Both the position numbers and the translations under genes were made by a program. Positions 19,423 to 29,357 of a stretch of 64,000 nucleotides of DNA are shown piece by piece. The stretch comes from a bacterium (GTDB lineage Bacteria; Electryoneota; AABM5-125-24; Hatepunaeales; Hatepunaeaceae). Below the pieces are notes generated by a model. The model was not told where the DNA came from. It was given only the letters and a program-made list of their open reading frames with translations, and ran no database searches. The DNA lies in NCBI GenBank assembly GCA_021734165.1, contig JAIPJL010000004.1, positions 951-64,950 of the forward strand. Direction: 5' to 3'. Numbering within the stretch: the first letter of the stretch is position 1; each line of letters opens with the position of its first letter.

Positions 19423-21138
19423 TTACTTGATCAACATCATTTTTCTAACTTGTGATTTGTTCAAACTTTCAAGTTTAACGAGGTATAATCCCGAAGGCAG
19501 ATTGTTAGCTTTTAGGTTAACTGTGTGGATTCCAGCTTGTCTATTTTCATCGACCAGCATTTCAACTTCGCGTCCGGTTATGTCGTAAAGTGTAAGTTTA
19601 ACTTGTGATGTAACCGGCAGTGAATAGCTGATGGTAGTTGTGGAGTTAAAGGGATTGGGATAGATACCGGCTATGCTGAATTTGACTGGTGTTAAGTCAC
19701 TATCATCTCTGACACTAACAAGTGAATCCGAGGAACCTGTTATTGGAATCTCGATAATTTCCTCATCCGGATCGTCGGATTCAATTCTTAGTGTTGCTTC
19801 ATATGTCGCTAACTCATGAGGAGCAAATAGTATCCAGCTTTCATGTTCGGATTCAGCTTCTATTTCACATCCTCCGCCACCCTGGCAGATCGTGAAAGGC
19901 GAATCATCCGGTATAATCGATTGATCTGATATTTGAAGTTCCGTTCTGCCAATATTTAGAATGGTTATCATCAGGCTGTCGCTTTGTCCGGATTCCACCC
20001 ATCCAAAATCCATTTCCACGGGATTCGCATCAATATCACGCTGGTGAAAATAGTACGCTCCCATATCAGTTATAGTACCATCAGGATCATCCTCTATCGC
20101 CGCATCACCTGCGTCGATACAGGGACTTTCTTCGGTCAGATTGTAATCTTCTCTTCCGGCATTCACAAACAAAGGATCATCATCTATGTTACCGTCACCC
20201 CAGACAATTTCACCATTATCGTTTCCTCTAATGTCGTCTCTGCCGTCCTTAACATCACAAAACTCGAAAGTAAGACGATGACCGTTGGCATCGCCAAGAG
20301 CATTTATCTCGTGGGGATCGTTATCCCAAAAGATACAGTTTTTTATAATCACATCTGAGTCATCCATACAGCATATCCCACCGCCATCTCCCCAGGTTGC
20401 CCGGTTATCAGCGATTGTGCAGTTTAGAAATGTTGGATGAGAATCCCATAACGACATTCCGGCGCCATAAGCCGCATTATTACCGCTGAATGTACAGCGT
20501 ATAAATGTCGGACCTCCATTATTGTCGAGATACAATCCGCCTCCTGAATTGGTGGCGTCATTTTCAATGATTTCTGTATCCTCGAAAATAGGACAACAGT
20601 TATCACGGATAGACAAACCTCCGCCAAAAGATCCACTATTTTCAGTTATCTTGCATTTCCGGATCATAGGAGTTGTCCTGGATCCCCACATGAACATTCC
20701 GCCACCGCCATTTTCCGTCGAGTTTTCAAGCATGATGCAGTTTTCAATGGTCGGGCTTGCATATTGAATAAACACAGCCCCTCCGACATACCAGTCACTA
20801 CCTCCCATATTAACGCAATTACCGCTACCATAAGTAAGCAGAAATCCGCTTAAAACTGCATTCCGGCTCTCACCATTGGTAAAAAGGACAACCGAGCCAT
20901 TATGATCTCCGTCGATAAGAGTCATATATGGATTATCCGGACTGCCGATAACGACAATATCTTTCCCGCTGAAATCAAGATTCTCAATATACTCTCCAGA
21001 TTCAACGAGAATTGTATCCCCATTCGCAGATTCATCAATAGCGCCTTGAATGGTCTCGAAATCGTCAGGGACATTAATTATTTCTGCTTGCGCAATCCCT
21101 GACAGGATTAACAGGATAAGCAGGATTCTTCTAATCAT
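19423..21138 (-). CDS. Secreted beta-helix plus Ig-like protein with T9SS CTD
   Basis: N-terminus nearly identical to the 19405 gene; GGG repeats; SPCIDAGD; SDDPDEE Ig unit; YPNPFN tail. Confidence 0.8.
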   Translation of the reverse strand: MIRRILLILLILSGIAQAEIINVPDDFETIQGAIDESANGDTILVESGEYIENLDFSGKDIVVIGSPDNPYMTLIDGDHNGSVVLFTNGESRNAVLSGFLLTYGSGNCVNMGGSDWYVGGAVFIQYASPTIENCIMLENSTENGGGGMFMWGSRTTPMIRKCKITENSGSFGGGLSIRDNCCPIFEDTEIIENDATNSGGGLYLDNNGGPTFIRCTFSGNNAAYGAGMSLWDSHPTFLNCTIADNRATWGDGGGICCMDDSDVIIKNCIFWDNDPHEINALGDANGHRLTFEFCDVKDGRDDIRGNDNGEIVWGDGNIDDDPLFVNAGREDYNLTEESPCIDAGDAAIEDDPDGTITDMGAYYFHQRDIDANPVEMDFGWVESGQSDSLMITILNIGRTELQISDQSIIPDDSPFTICQGGGGCEIEAESEHESWILFAPHELATYEATLRIESDDPDEEIIEIPITGSSDSLVSVRDDSDLTPVKFSIAGIYPNPFNSTTTISYSLPVTSQVKLTLYDITGREVEMLVDENRQAGIHTVNLKANNLPSGLYLVKLESLNKSQVRKMMLIK

Positions 21139-21155
21139 GATATTCTCCGAAATCT

Positions 21156-23738
21156 TTATTTAACCAGCATTATTTTTTTTATCTGTGACTTGTTTAAACT
21201 CTCAAGTTTTATGAAATACAGTCCGGAAGACAGGTTCACAGCTTTCAGGTTTGCAGTGTAAATTCCAGCTTGTTTTATGTCATCAATTAATGTCTCAACT
21301 TCGCGTCCGGTTATGTCGTAAAGTGTTAATTTAACCTCTGATGCATAAGGCAGCGAGTAACTGATGGTTGTCGTTGAATTGAAGGGATTGGGGTAAATAC
21401 TTGTAATGCCGAACTCATCAGGGCTTGAAACATTATTGCTATTTCCAACAGCATCAGGTCTGATCGTTAGCGAAACCGGCAGTATTGTCTCACCACCCAT
21501 CGCGTTGTGACTGAAAACAAGCTCAGCTTCCCAATCTGGATATATCAGCCCTTCTGCGGAAATAGAAAGAGTCAAATCCTGCAATGCTTCCGCTTCTATT
21601 TCACCAAACATGGGCTCCAAAACCATCCAGCTCATATTCCCGTCAATCTGCCAGATATCTATACGGTCGTCAGCAGCATTATCAGCGATACATATAAAAT
21701 TCCAACACCTTTGATCATACTTGTTGGTAATAAAACACCCTCTTGGTGTATCATATGATTCAAGTTCTAAAAAAGTGACAAACATCGTATCACCCGTTTC
21801 GGTATTCATCTTATGCACAACCTGCGTTATAATATCTGGACAGTTAAAGATATATAGGTTGTATCCATCCGGATCATCACCAAAATATGCAAGACCATAG
21901 ATGCGAAGATCACATCGCGGCAGGGTATCAAGACAATTTCCATCAGTATCACAAGAATAAATGGCGCGCCCTACTTTACGGGTAATCCAGAACATTTCTC
22001 TTTCCGGATCCCAGGTTAAAGCGTTCAAATTACCCTCAGGTCCTTCAAACGATGTAATAGAATCACCATCGGTAGTGAAACCGATAACAGAATTATCATC
22101 ACCTCCCCAGATCAGCTCACCATCCCAGGCGAGTCCTTTCATGCCGTAGCGGGAATCACTGGACTGCTCGAAGCGGTTGATCTCATTCCCTTCATAATCA
22201 AGCACATAGATCATGTTTGTGCTGTCGTCCTCTTCAGAAATATTAGCGCCGGATACATAGTAACAACTGTCGATAAAGACTACTCCTTCGAGGCGAGTAT
22301 CACCAACTTCTTCACTCGTATTAAAGCTTTCCCTTGCTTCCCATGGGTCGAAATACGGATAATGCTTATGAGATTTCCATGCCAGCGAACCATTACCGTC
22401 ATTAGTAATTGTTACTTCAATATCAGTTTCAGTATTTGCTTCGAGTGAAACGGCAATACTGTCTTCAGAGAGGATGAATAACGGGTAAGTAAGCCTAAAG
22501 GTAACGTCAAGAGTTTCACCATCATCGACGTAAAGATCACTCATTATTGATTCGTTAAATCCCTGCTGCGAAGCCATTAGATCAAAACTATCCAGAGTCG
22601 GACATTCCATGCAGAAGAAACCATTCGAATCAGATAGTGTTTCCCAGTAATAATTGTCACGAACCAAAGCTCCTTCAATAGGTTCATCATCACCAGATCT
22701 AAGTACAAATCCTTCAACATAACTTCCTGATTCGAAAGACAGCGCGCCCATATCAGCCCGTGTGCCGTTGCGGTCACGTGGTGAATCCGGATCGCCTGTA
22801 TCGATACAGGGGCTGTCGGGTGTCAGATGATAATCTCCATTATCGGGATCGGCAAATAACGGATCCTCGTCGATGTTGCCTTCACCCCAATTTACTTCTC
22901 CATTTTCATTATAATCATAAATCGAATTTTGCCCTCCTTCAAAGTCTGTGTATAAAAAGGAAATACTTGCTTCATCTTCTAACCAAACACGTGCAGTAGA
23001 ATTTGAATGGATAATACAATTAACGAAAGAAACATCAGATTCAGTACGATTGCGAATCCAATAATGATCATTTTCCGTGTTATTGGTTATAGTACAGTTA
23101 CTAAATGTTACCTCTGATAATGCAATATGCATTAAGTATTCATTATTTAGTATATGATCTGAAAAAGTGCAGAAATTAAAGTTTATATTCGAAAAAATCA
23201 AGTACATACAATTATAATTCGTATGACCTCCGTTACCAGTAAAAATGCAGTGATCAAAATTCATATTCGTTTCCCAACTACAAATACCACCTCCAAAATT
23301 ATCTGCGTAATTGTCTTTAATTACACAATATCTAATAGTAGGGGATGCTTCCGTACTGTAAATCCCACCTCCATTATCTGAAACTCCATTCTGAATGGTG
23401 AATCCTATAAGTTTTGCATCTTCAGTCTCTTCATTTTCAAATGTAACAACAGTTTCTGAACTATCTCCATCAATGATCGTTAAATCGATGTAATTCACAT
23501 TACCTGTCGTTAAAAACAGGCTTGCGAGAGTGATGTTTCTCCCACCATAATTGATGTGCTCAACGTACTCTCCAGGTTGAACAAGGACAGTATCACCATC
23601 TTCTGATGCATTGATGGCTCGTTGGATTCGCTCGAAATCGTCGGGAACGTTGATGACATCCGAAAAGGCTGTTATCGGTTGAAGGAAAAGGGTGAGAAGC
23701 AGCGCGATGATGATCGATCTGATGCTGGAATTAAACAT
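21156..23738 (-). CDS. Secreted beta-helix/propeller-like protein with T9SS CTD
   Basis: Signal peptide; VINVPDDFERIQRAI; SPCIDTGDP; RYGMKGLAWDGELIWG; YPNPFN tail. Confidence 0.8.
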   Translation of the reverse strand: MFNSSIRSIIIALLLTLFLQPITAFSDVINVPDDFERIQRAINASEDGDTVLVQPGEYVEHINYGGRNITLASLFLTTGNVNYIDLTIIDGDSSETVVTFENEETEDAKLIGFTIQNGVSDNGGGIYSTEASPTIRYCVIKDNYADNFGGGICSWETNMNFDHCIFTGNGGHTNYNCMYLIFSNINFNFCTFSDHILNNEYLMHIALSEVTFSNCTITNNTENDHYWIRNRTESDVSFVNCIIHSNSTARVWLEDEASISFLYTDFEGGQNSIYDYNENGEVNWGEGNIDEDPLFADPDNGDYHLTPDSPCIDTGDPDSPRDRNGTRADMGALSFESGSYVEGFVLRSGDDEPIEGALVRDNYYWETLSDSNGFFCMECPTLDSFDLMASQQGFNESIMSDLYVDDGETLDVTFRLTYPLFILSEDSIAVSLEANTETDIEVTITNDGNGSLAWKSHKHYPYFDPWEARESFNTSEEVGDTRLEGVVFIDSCYYVSGANISEEDDSTNMIYVLDYEGNEINRFEQSSDSRYGMKGLAWDGELIWGGDDNSVIGFTTDGDSITSFEGPEGNLNALTWDPEREMFWITRKVGRAIYSCDTDGNCLDTLPRCDLRIYGLAYFGDDPDGYNLYIFNCPDIITQVVHKMNTETGDTMFVTFLELESYDTPRGCFITNKYDQRCWNFICIADNAADDRIDIWQIDGNMSWMVLEPMFGEIEAEALQDLTLSISAEGLIYPDWEAELVFSHNAMGGETILPVSLTIRPDAVGNSNNVSSPDEFGITSIYPNPFNSTTTISYSLPYASEVKLTLYDITGREVETLIDDIKQAGIYTANLKAVNLSSGLYFIKLESLNKSQIKKIMLVK

Positions 23739-23930
23739 GATGAACCTCCGATCTTAAATGTTGCTTATAGTAATTACATTACAGCGTTTTTTACTTAAAT
23801 CAGGTTCTTGATTCAACAAAGCAGGTCTGCTGAATAAGGTTTAATTTTTGGGTGAAATTACGACAATCTATGCTTAAAGCTTGTAAATTCGGATTTGAGA
23901 AAGTTACTTTATATTGGTGTATTGATTTAC

Positions 23931-23976
23931 ACCCAAGGCGCTACCTTGGGCTGGCATGTTACACCCTTTCAGGGCT
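23931..23976. repeat. Double-hairpin REP-like element
   Basis: CCCAAGG-cgcta-CCTTGGG plus CCCT-ttc-AGGG; reverse complement has the same layout as 36803-36850. Confidence 0.7.
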
Positions 23977-24058
23977 AACATATATAATCTAAAACCAATA
24001 TTTGCAAAGATCAACAGAAAACACACTATCTTTAGAATATTTCATTAAAAAACATGCC

Positions 24059-25312
24059 ATGAAAAGCAAGTTTAACATAGTAGTCAAATCCTGGGATGAA
24101 TGCGTTTCATTTATAGTTGATTCCGACCTTGACATTAGCTACCAATCCGGTGTGGTGCCTTGGGGGATAGCATTTGCTGGGATGACTCCTGATATTAAGG
24201 CTGAACGTTGCCTGATTCCCATGTCAAGATCACCGCGCAAGCTGCCTGCCGAAGATTCCTGGCTGTCAGCAGTTCGTGATGCCGTCGGATACGCCGCCGA
24301 TAACGGTTGGACAGTCGTTTCAAGCTATGGTACAATCGGCTGGGAATACACGAGCTGGTATGCAGCGCGCCGTAATATCCCGCTCTGGATGGTTCTGCCC
24401 ACTAGATCATTGGAAGATTTCTCTGCCGAATGCGAAAGTCTGATAGACAGGTTTGCCTTGAATTTGCCTCTGACGACCTTTATAATGCCGCTAATTAATG
24501 GCAGATCACCAAAGAGCAATCTCCAGATCATGCGCGATGTACTGACAGCAATGATTTCTCGTCATCGATTGCCGATCTACGTTCGCCCTTCAGGCAACTG
24601 GGCGGGGATACTTAGGATTTCTAAAAATTTTGACGCCCGTTTCATCAGTTATCGCCCTAAAACATATATTGAAACATGGCGTAAGGATGATGATTGGATT
24701 CGGAATATCGCTGATCAGAATTGGGGTGATATGTTGATCCACTGGACAAAAGGAGCTTATGGACCCTGGACAGGCGAAGTAGAAGCGGATTATTTTGAAG
24801 CTATCACACTATCCGAGTTTGGCAATCCCCGTGATGGATTGGCGACGCTGGTATTTATTGCATTGTCAGGAATACTACGCGGCGCCGGCAGGATGATCCG
24901 CCAAGGTGAGCCGGTAATCTCTTTCTCCGCGTTAAAACCGTTAGAATTGTTGAACAAAATAGAATATAAATCGTATCTTAAAAGATGGAATTATGAGCCG
25001 TATGGAATTGCCGTTTCTGCTGAAGCGCTGAAAAGTCTTGGTGTGAAAAAGGTCATATATGGCAGTAAAGAGCTTTATGAACAATTAACTCCCGAACAAA
25101 GACCGTATTACCAATTTAAAGGCAGAAACGAAACGGAAAACGAAATTTTCACAGGCTGGGAATCTGAATCGGAATGGAGACTCGTCGGAGATCTGGACTT
25201 AACAAGTATTATGGAAGAAATAACACTAATCACACCCTTTGAACATGAGGCAGCAGCTTTACGGGAATCGACGCCCTATCATGTTTGCTCGCTGGAAAGA
25301 GGACCTGCTTGA
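24059..25312 (+). CDS. Hypothetical protein: Rossmann/SLOG-like N-terminus and ADP-ribosyltransferase-fold-like C-terminus
   Basis: 436-aa ORF (TTG 24002 or ATG 24059); C-terminal IHWT...SFS...PYGIAV...VIYG...ESEWR pattern; the coding call is firmer than the domain call. Confidence 0.6.
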   Translation: MKSKFNIVVKSWDECVSFIVDSDLDISYQSGVVPWGIAFAGMTPDIKAERCLIPMSRSPRKLPAEDSWLSAVRDAVGYAADNGWTVVSSYGTIGWEYTSWYAARRNIPLWMVLPTRSLEDFSAECESLIDRFALNLPLTTFIMPLINGRSPKSNLQIMRDVLTAMISRHRLPIYVRPSGNWAGILRISKNFDARFISYRPKTYIETWRKDDDWIRNIADQNWGDMLIHWTKGAYGPWTGEVEADYFEAITLSEFGNPRDGLATLVFIALSGILRGAGRMIRQGEPVISFSALKPLELLNKIEYKSYLKRWNYEPYGIAVSAEALKSLGVKKVIYGSKELYEQLTPEQRPYYQFKGRNETENEIFTGWESESEWRLVGDLDLTSIMEEITLITPFEHEAAALRESTPYHVCSLERGPA

Positions 25313-27309
25313 GTAATAAAACCACCAACAATACAACCTACTTACAAAACCTCATCGAGGGCATTAAACCTTACCGTAAAAAGTTAGCTCTTGGTTTCAT
25401 TGCTTCAGCGTTAATGAATGCTTTCGCAGTCATGAGTCCGATGTTGCTCAGATCAGGCGTTAATGCGTTGCAGGAAGGCGCTCCTGTCGGCTGGCTGTAC
25501 ACATTTTCTGGGTTGATTGTCCTGATTGCTGTCATCGGCGGTGTGTTCCGTTATCAGATGCGTATGATCATCATCGGAACATCGCGTTGGGCGGAGAGCG
25601 ATCTGCGCGAAAAGTACTTCGGACATCTGCTTGAGCTTGCTTCGTCATTCTTTGATCGCAATCTGACCGGTGATCTGATGGCGCGCGCTACTGACGATAT
25701 TGAGCGTATCCGTATGGTTTACGGACCGGTGTTGATGATGGTCATGGCTACCTCGCTGACGTTGATCTTTTCCGCAATCATGATGTTTATACTCGACGTC
25801 AAATTAGCAATACTGGTCATGTTTATGGCGCCATTAGTTGGCGCTGTTGTACTACTCGTTGCAAGCAAATTACATCGGGTAAACCTGTGTCAGCAGGAGG
25901 CTTATGGAAAACTCGAGTCAAATGTCCAAGAAAATCTCACCGGTATTCGCGTCGTAAAATCGTTTGTTCGAGAGGCTTACGAATCAAAGAAATTTACTGA
26001 AATCTGCCAGCTATATTTCAAACGCAGTATAGACGTTATAAAAATACAATCGATCTTCATGCCGGTCATAGGGCTGCTGATCGGGCTTGGAATTGCGCTG
26101 ATACTCTGGGTGGGTGGTAAAGACGTAGCAACCGGAGCTATTACGCTTGGAGATTTCATCGCTTTTACAAGTTACTTATCGCTTATGACTTGGCCCATGA
26201 TTTCCATAGGGTGGCTGACACATCTGTATCAGCGTGGATCGGCTTCCCATAGGAGATTGGAACAGATATTTGAGGTGAAGGAACAATTTGAGAAGGATAC
26301 CCCCCCCTTTGATTCCCCTCCAGAGCAGGGGGGGATGACTTCTGACTTTTATTCCAAGCCCGTAGGGCAGGAGGAGATTAATGGAAAACAAGGACTTGAG
26401 TGTCATGTGAGGACACATGACACCACAAGTCCATCAATAACATTCCGAAACATCCATTTCAGTTACAACGATGATTCACCTGAAGTTCTGAAAGGTATAA
26501 ATCTGGACATTCCTTCGGGCAGTAAACTGGCAATTGTTGGGAAAACGGGCTCAGGTAAAAGTACGCTACTTAGGCTATTATCCAGATTGTACGAGCCGCA
26601 AAGTGGTGAAATATTACTTAATGAGACCCCCCCTTTAATCACCCCCTACTCTGTAAGGGGGGAGGGGCAAGCTAATAATCCCTTACCAAGCGAGGAGGGA
26701 AAACAACGCTCATCATCCCCCCCTGCAGAGCAGGGAGAGATTAAAGGGGGGGGTATTTCATGGAAAAAGATTCCAATCCACCAACTCCGTCGTATGATCG
26801 GTTACGTTGAGCAGACTCCCTTCCTCTTCTCAACCTCAATCAGAGAAAACATAGCCTTCGGCGCAATGGAAGCTACAGACGAAGCGATTGCAACTGCTAC
26901 ACAAATAGCGAGTTTCGACAGAGATATTGCGGACTTACCTGACAAGTATGAAACCATTATCGGTGAACGTGGCGTCACGCTTTCCGGTGGTCAGCAGCAG
27001 CGGTTAACAATAGCAAGAGCCTTACTGACCGATACACAGATATTACTGCTTGACGATGCACTCAGCGCTGTCGATACAGGCACCGAAACCGGAATCATTA
27101 ATAATCTGACCACACAGACCAGTCAAAAAACGGTTCTTATCGTAACCCACAGACTTGCCGCGGCTGAAAGAGCCGACAAAATCGCAGTTCTCGATAATGG
27201 AATTATCGCTGAATATGGCAATCATCAGGAATTAATGGATTTAAACGGCTTATATGCTGCGATGTATCGTCGTCAAAGGTTGTCGGATGAACTCGGAGCA
27301 ATATCATGA
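25309..27309 (+). CDS. Heterodimeric ABC exporter subunit 1 (TMD+NBD) with two in-frame repeat insertions
   Basis: Six-TM domain, GKTGSGKS, LSGGQQQR, degenerate Walker B LLLDD; TTG 25309 follows GAGGA and overlaps upstream TGA. Confidence 0.92.
   Translation: MSNKTTNNTTYLQNLIEGIKPYRKKLALGFIASALMNAFAVMSPMLLRSGVNALQEGAPVGWLYTFSGLIVLIAVIGGVFRYQMRMIIIGTSRWAESDLREKYFGHLLELASSFFDRNLTGDLMARATDDIERIRMVYGPVLMMVMATSLTLIFSAIMMFILDVKLAILVMFMAPLVGAVVLLVASKLHRVNLCQQEAYGKLESNVQENLTGIRVVKSFVREAYESKKFTEICQLYFKRSIDVIKIQSIFMPVIGLLIGLGIALILWVGGKDVATGAITLGDFIAFTSYLSLMTWPMISIGWLTHLYQRGSASHRRLEQIFEVKEQFEKDTPPFDSPPEQGGMTSDFYSKPVGQEEINGKQGLECHVRTHDTTSPSITFRNIHFSYNDDSPEVLKGINLDIPSGSKLAIVGKTGSGKSTLLRLLSRLYEPQSGEILLNETPPLITPYSVRGEGQANNPLPSEEGKQRSSSPPAEQGEIKGGGISWKKIPIHQLRRMIGYVEQTPFLFSTSIRENIAFGAMEATDEAIATATQIASFDRDIADLPDKYETIIGERGVTLSGGQQQRLTIARALLTDTQILLLDDALSAVDTGTETGIINNLTTQTSQKTVLIVTHRLAAAERADKIAVLDNGIIAEYGNHQELMDLNGLYAAMYRRQRLSDELGAIS
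26299..26423. repeat. Composite palindromic elements in frame in the TMD-NBD linker
   Basis: A-C8-TTTGATTCCCCTCCAGAGCA-G7 (26299-26334) and GTGTCATGTG-agga-CACATGACAC (26400-26423). Confidence 0.75.
26626..26754. mobile_element. 129-bp MITE/REPIN-like element inserted in frame in the NBD
   Basis: Terminal inverted repeats ACCCCCCCTTTAATC / GATTAAAGGGGGGGGT; removal restores the 12-residue spacing seen in the partner NBD. Confidence 0.85.
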
Positions 27310-29102
27310 CGCCTCCTCCGGGACACAGGATCGGACCTGACGACAGCATCATGGGACAGGCTTATGACGCCCGTCTGATGAAACGTCTGCTCCGCTACAT
27401 GAAACCTTATAGTATTTATGTATTTGGCGCTGTAATATTACTTCTTGCCGCCACTTTTGCTGAACTCGCCGGGCCGTGGCTGGTTAAGATCGGAATTGAT
27501 GATTATATATCGGTTAAAAATATCACCGGACTCTGGAAAATAGTTCTTGCTTACATCGGTTTTCTGATAGCGATGTTTATCCTGCGCTATCTGCAGTTAT
27601 ATCTCACACAGTGGATCGGACAAAAAGTCATCCTCGATATGCGCATTCAGCTTTTCAACCACCTGCAGCGCATGGATTTGAAGTTCATTGATTCTCGTCC
27701 GGTCGGCTGGATGATGACCCGCGTTACAAATGATATTCAGACCTTAAATGAGATGTTTAGTTCGGGTGTTGTTTCAATTTTCGGAGATTTATTCGCTCTG
27801 ATTGGAATCGTCGTTGTTTTGCTGGTGTTAAATGTAAAACTCGCGCTGGTGACGTTCACTGTAGTCCCATTGATCTTCTGGATGGTTTTCACCTTCCGTA
27901 AAAAGGTACGTGTGACCTTCCGGGAAATAAGGGAGACACTTGCTAAATTGAACGGCTTCATGCAGGAGCATATCGCCGGAGTTCGTACCGTGCAGTTGTT
28001 TGTGATGAAATCCCGGACTATGGAACGGTTTCAGGAGCGCAATATCGCTATGCGTAATGCCTGGATAAAAGCTATCCGCTATTTTGCCTTGTTCTTTCCT
28101 GGTGTTCAGTTTGTATCAGCTCTTGCGACGGCTTTGATACTGTTGGTTGGAGGATTACTAATTATTGATGATGCGCTGACTTGGGGAGCGCTGGTGGCAT
28201 TCCTCCAATATGCCGAACGTTTCTTTCATCCGATCAGGGACTTAAGCGAGCGTTACAACACCATGCAGGCGGCTATGGCAGCGGCGGAGAGAGTGTTCTG
28301 GCTGCTCGATACGGAACCGGAGATCGATGATCCTGCTAATCCCGTGAAAATTGAGAATATTGCCGGAAAAGTGGAGTTCAGGAACGTTGATTTTGAGTAT
28401 AATACTGGCGAATCTGTACTGAAGGATGTATCTTTTAAGATTGAGCCGGGACAGACTGTTGCGGTTGTTGGCGCAACCGGAGCGGGTAAAACCACACTTG
28501 TCAGTCTGCTACAAAGGTTCTGGGATGTCAAGTCCGGCGCCATACTTATTGATGATAAAGATATACATGAATATAAAATTGATGATTTGAGACGTGTTTT
28601 CGGCGTTGTGCAGCAGGATGTTTTTCTTTTCAGCGGTTCGATTGCCGAAAATGTCACGCTTGGTGATGATGAACGCTGTGATGATATACTTAGAAATGCA
28701 TTAATCGAAGCTAATGCCATCGACTTCGTGGAAGCAATGCCTGAGGGAGTCGATGAGCTTGTTGGCGAACGAGGCGCCAGGATTTCAGTCGGTCAAAAGC
28801 AGCTTCTCGCCATAGCAAGGGCAATTGCCGTTGATCCTCCGGTGCTGCTGCTCGATGAAGCCACCGCCGCCATAGACACCGAAACCGAACGCCGCATTCA
28901 GAAAGCGTTGGAACGGTTGATGAAGGATCGCACGACGCTGGTTGTTGCGCATCGCTTGTCAACCATCAGACAGGCTGACAGCATTGTGGTTATGCACAAG
29001 GGTAGAGTCCGCGAGATCGGCACACATGAAGAATTACTGCAAAAGGATGGTATATACGCCAGACTGCATAAGCTGCAATATGCGGAAGTTATTGAGACAT
29101 AA
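27306..29102 (+). CDS. Heterodimeric ABC exporter subunit 2 (TMD+NBD)
   Basis: GATGAGKT, degenerate signature ISVGQKQL, consensus LLLDEAT, AHRL; ATGA overlap. Confidence 0.93.
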   Translation: MTPPPGHRIGPDDSIMGQAYDARLMKRLLRYMKPYSIYVFGAVILLLAATFAELAGPWLVKIGIDDYISVKNITGLWKIVLAYIGFLIAMFILRYLQLYLTQWIGQKVILDMRIQLFNHLQRMDLKFIDSRPVGWMMTRVTNDIQTLNEMFSSGVVSIFGDLFALIGIVVVLLVLNVKLALVTFTVVPLIFWMVFTFRKKVRVTFREIRETLAKLNGFMQEHIAGVRTVQLFVMKSRTMERFQERNIAMRNAWIKAIRYFALFFPGVQFVSALATALILLVGGLLIIDDALTWGALVAFLQYAERFFHPIRDLSERYNTMQAAMAAAERVFWLLDTEPEIDDPANPVKIENIAGKVEFRNVDFEYNTGESVLKDVSFKIEPGQTVAVVGATGAGKTTLVSLLQRFWDVKSGAILIDDKDIHEYKIDDLRRVFGVVQQDVFLFSGSIAENVTLGDDERCDDILRNALIEANAIDFVEAMPEGVDELVGERGARISVGQKQLLAIARAIAVDPPVLLLDEATAAIDTETERRIQKALERLMKDRTTLVVAHRLSTIRQADSIVVMHKGRVREIGTHEELLQKDGIYARLHKLQYAEVIET

Positions 29103-29154
29103 AAGGCGCTGCCGGGAGTCTTAGTAGCAATTAAAACATTCTTGAGATTAGCAC

Positions 29155-29179
29155 GTCATTCCCGAGAATGTCGGAATCC
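29155..29179. repeat. Degenerate GTCATTCCCG...GGAATCC palindrome
   Basis: Resembles GTCATTCCCGCGTAGGCGGGAATC at 54658-54681. Confidence 0.55.
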
Positions 29180-29357
29180 ATAGCTATTTATATATTAATT
29201 ACTTAGTACAGGTTACAAAAAATTTAGATTAATACATAAAGTTTGTTTAATTTTTACAATTAATTTGCAAATTGCTGTTGTAATGTGACGCAAGTCATTT
29301 GTTCGTCAAAAATTATTTCTTAAGCTTGATTTATAAACTACAAAGCAGGGGGCAATA

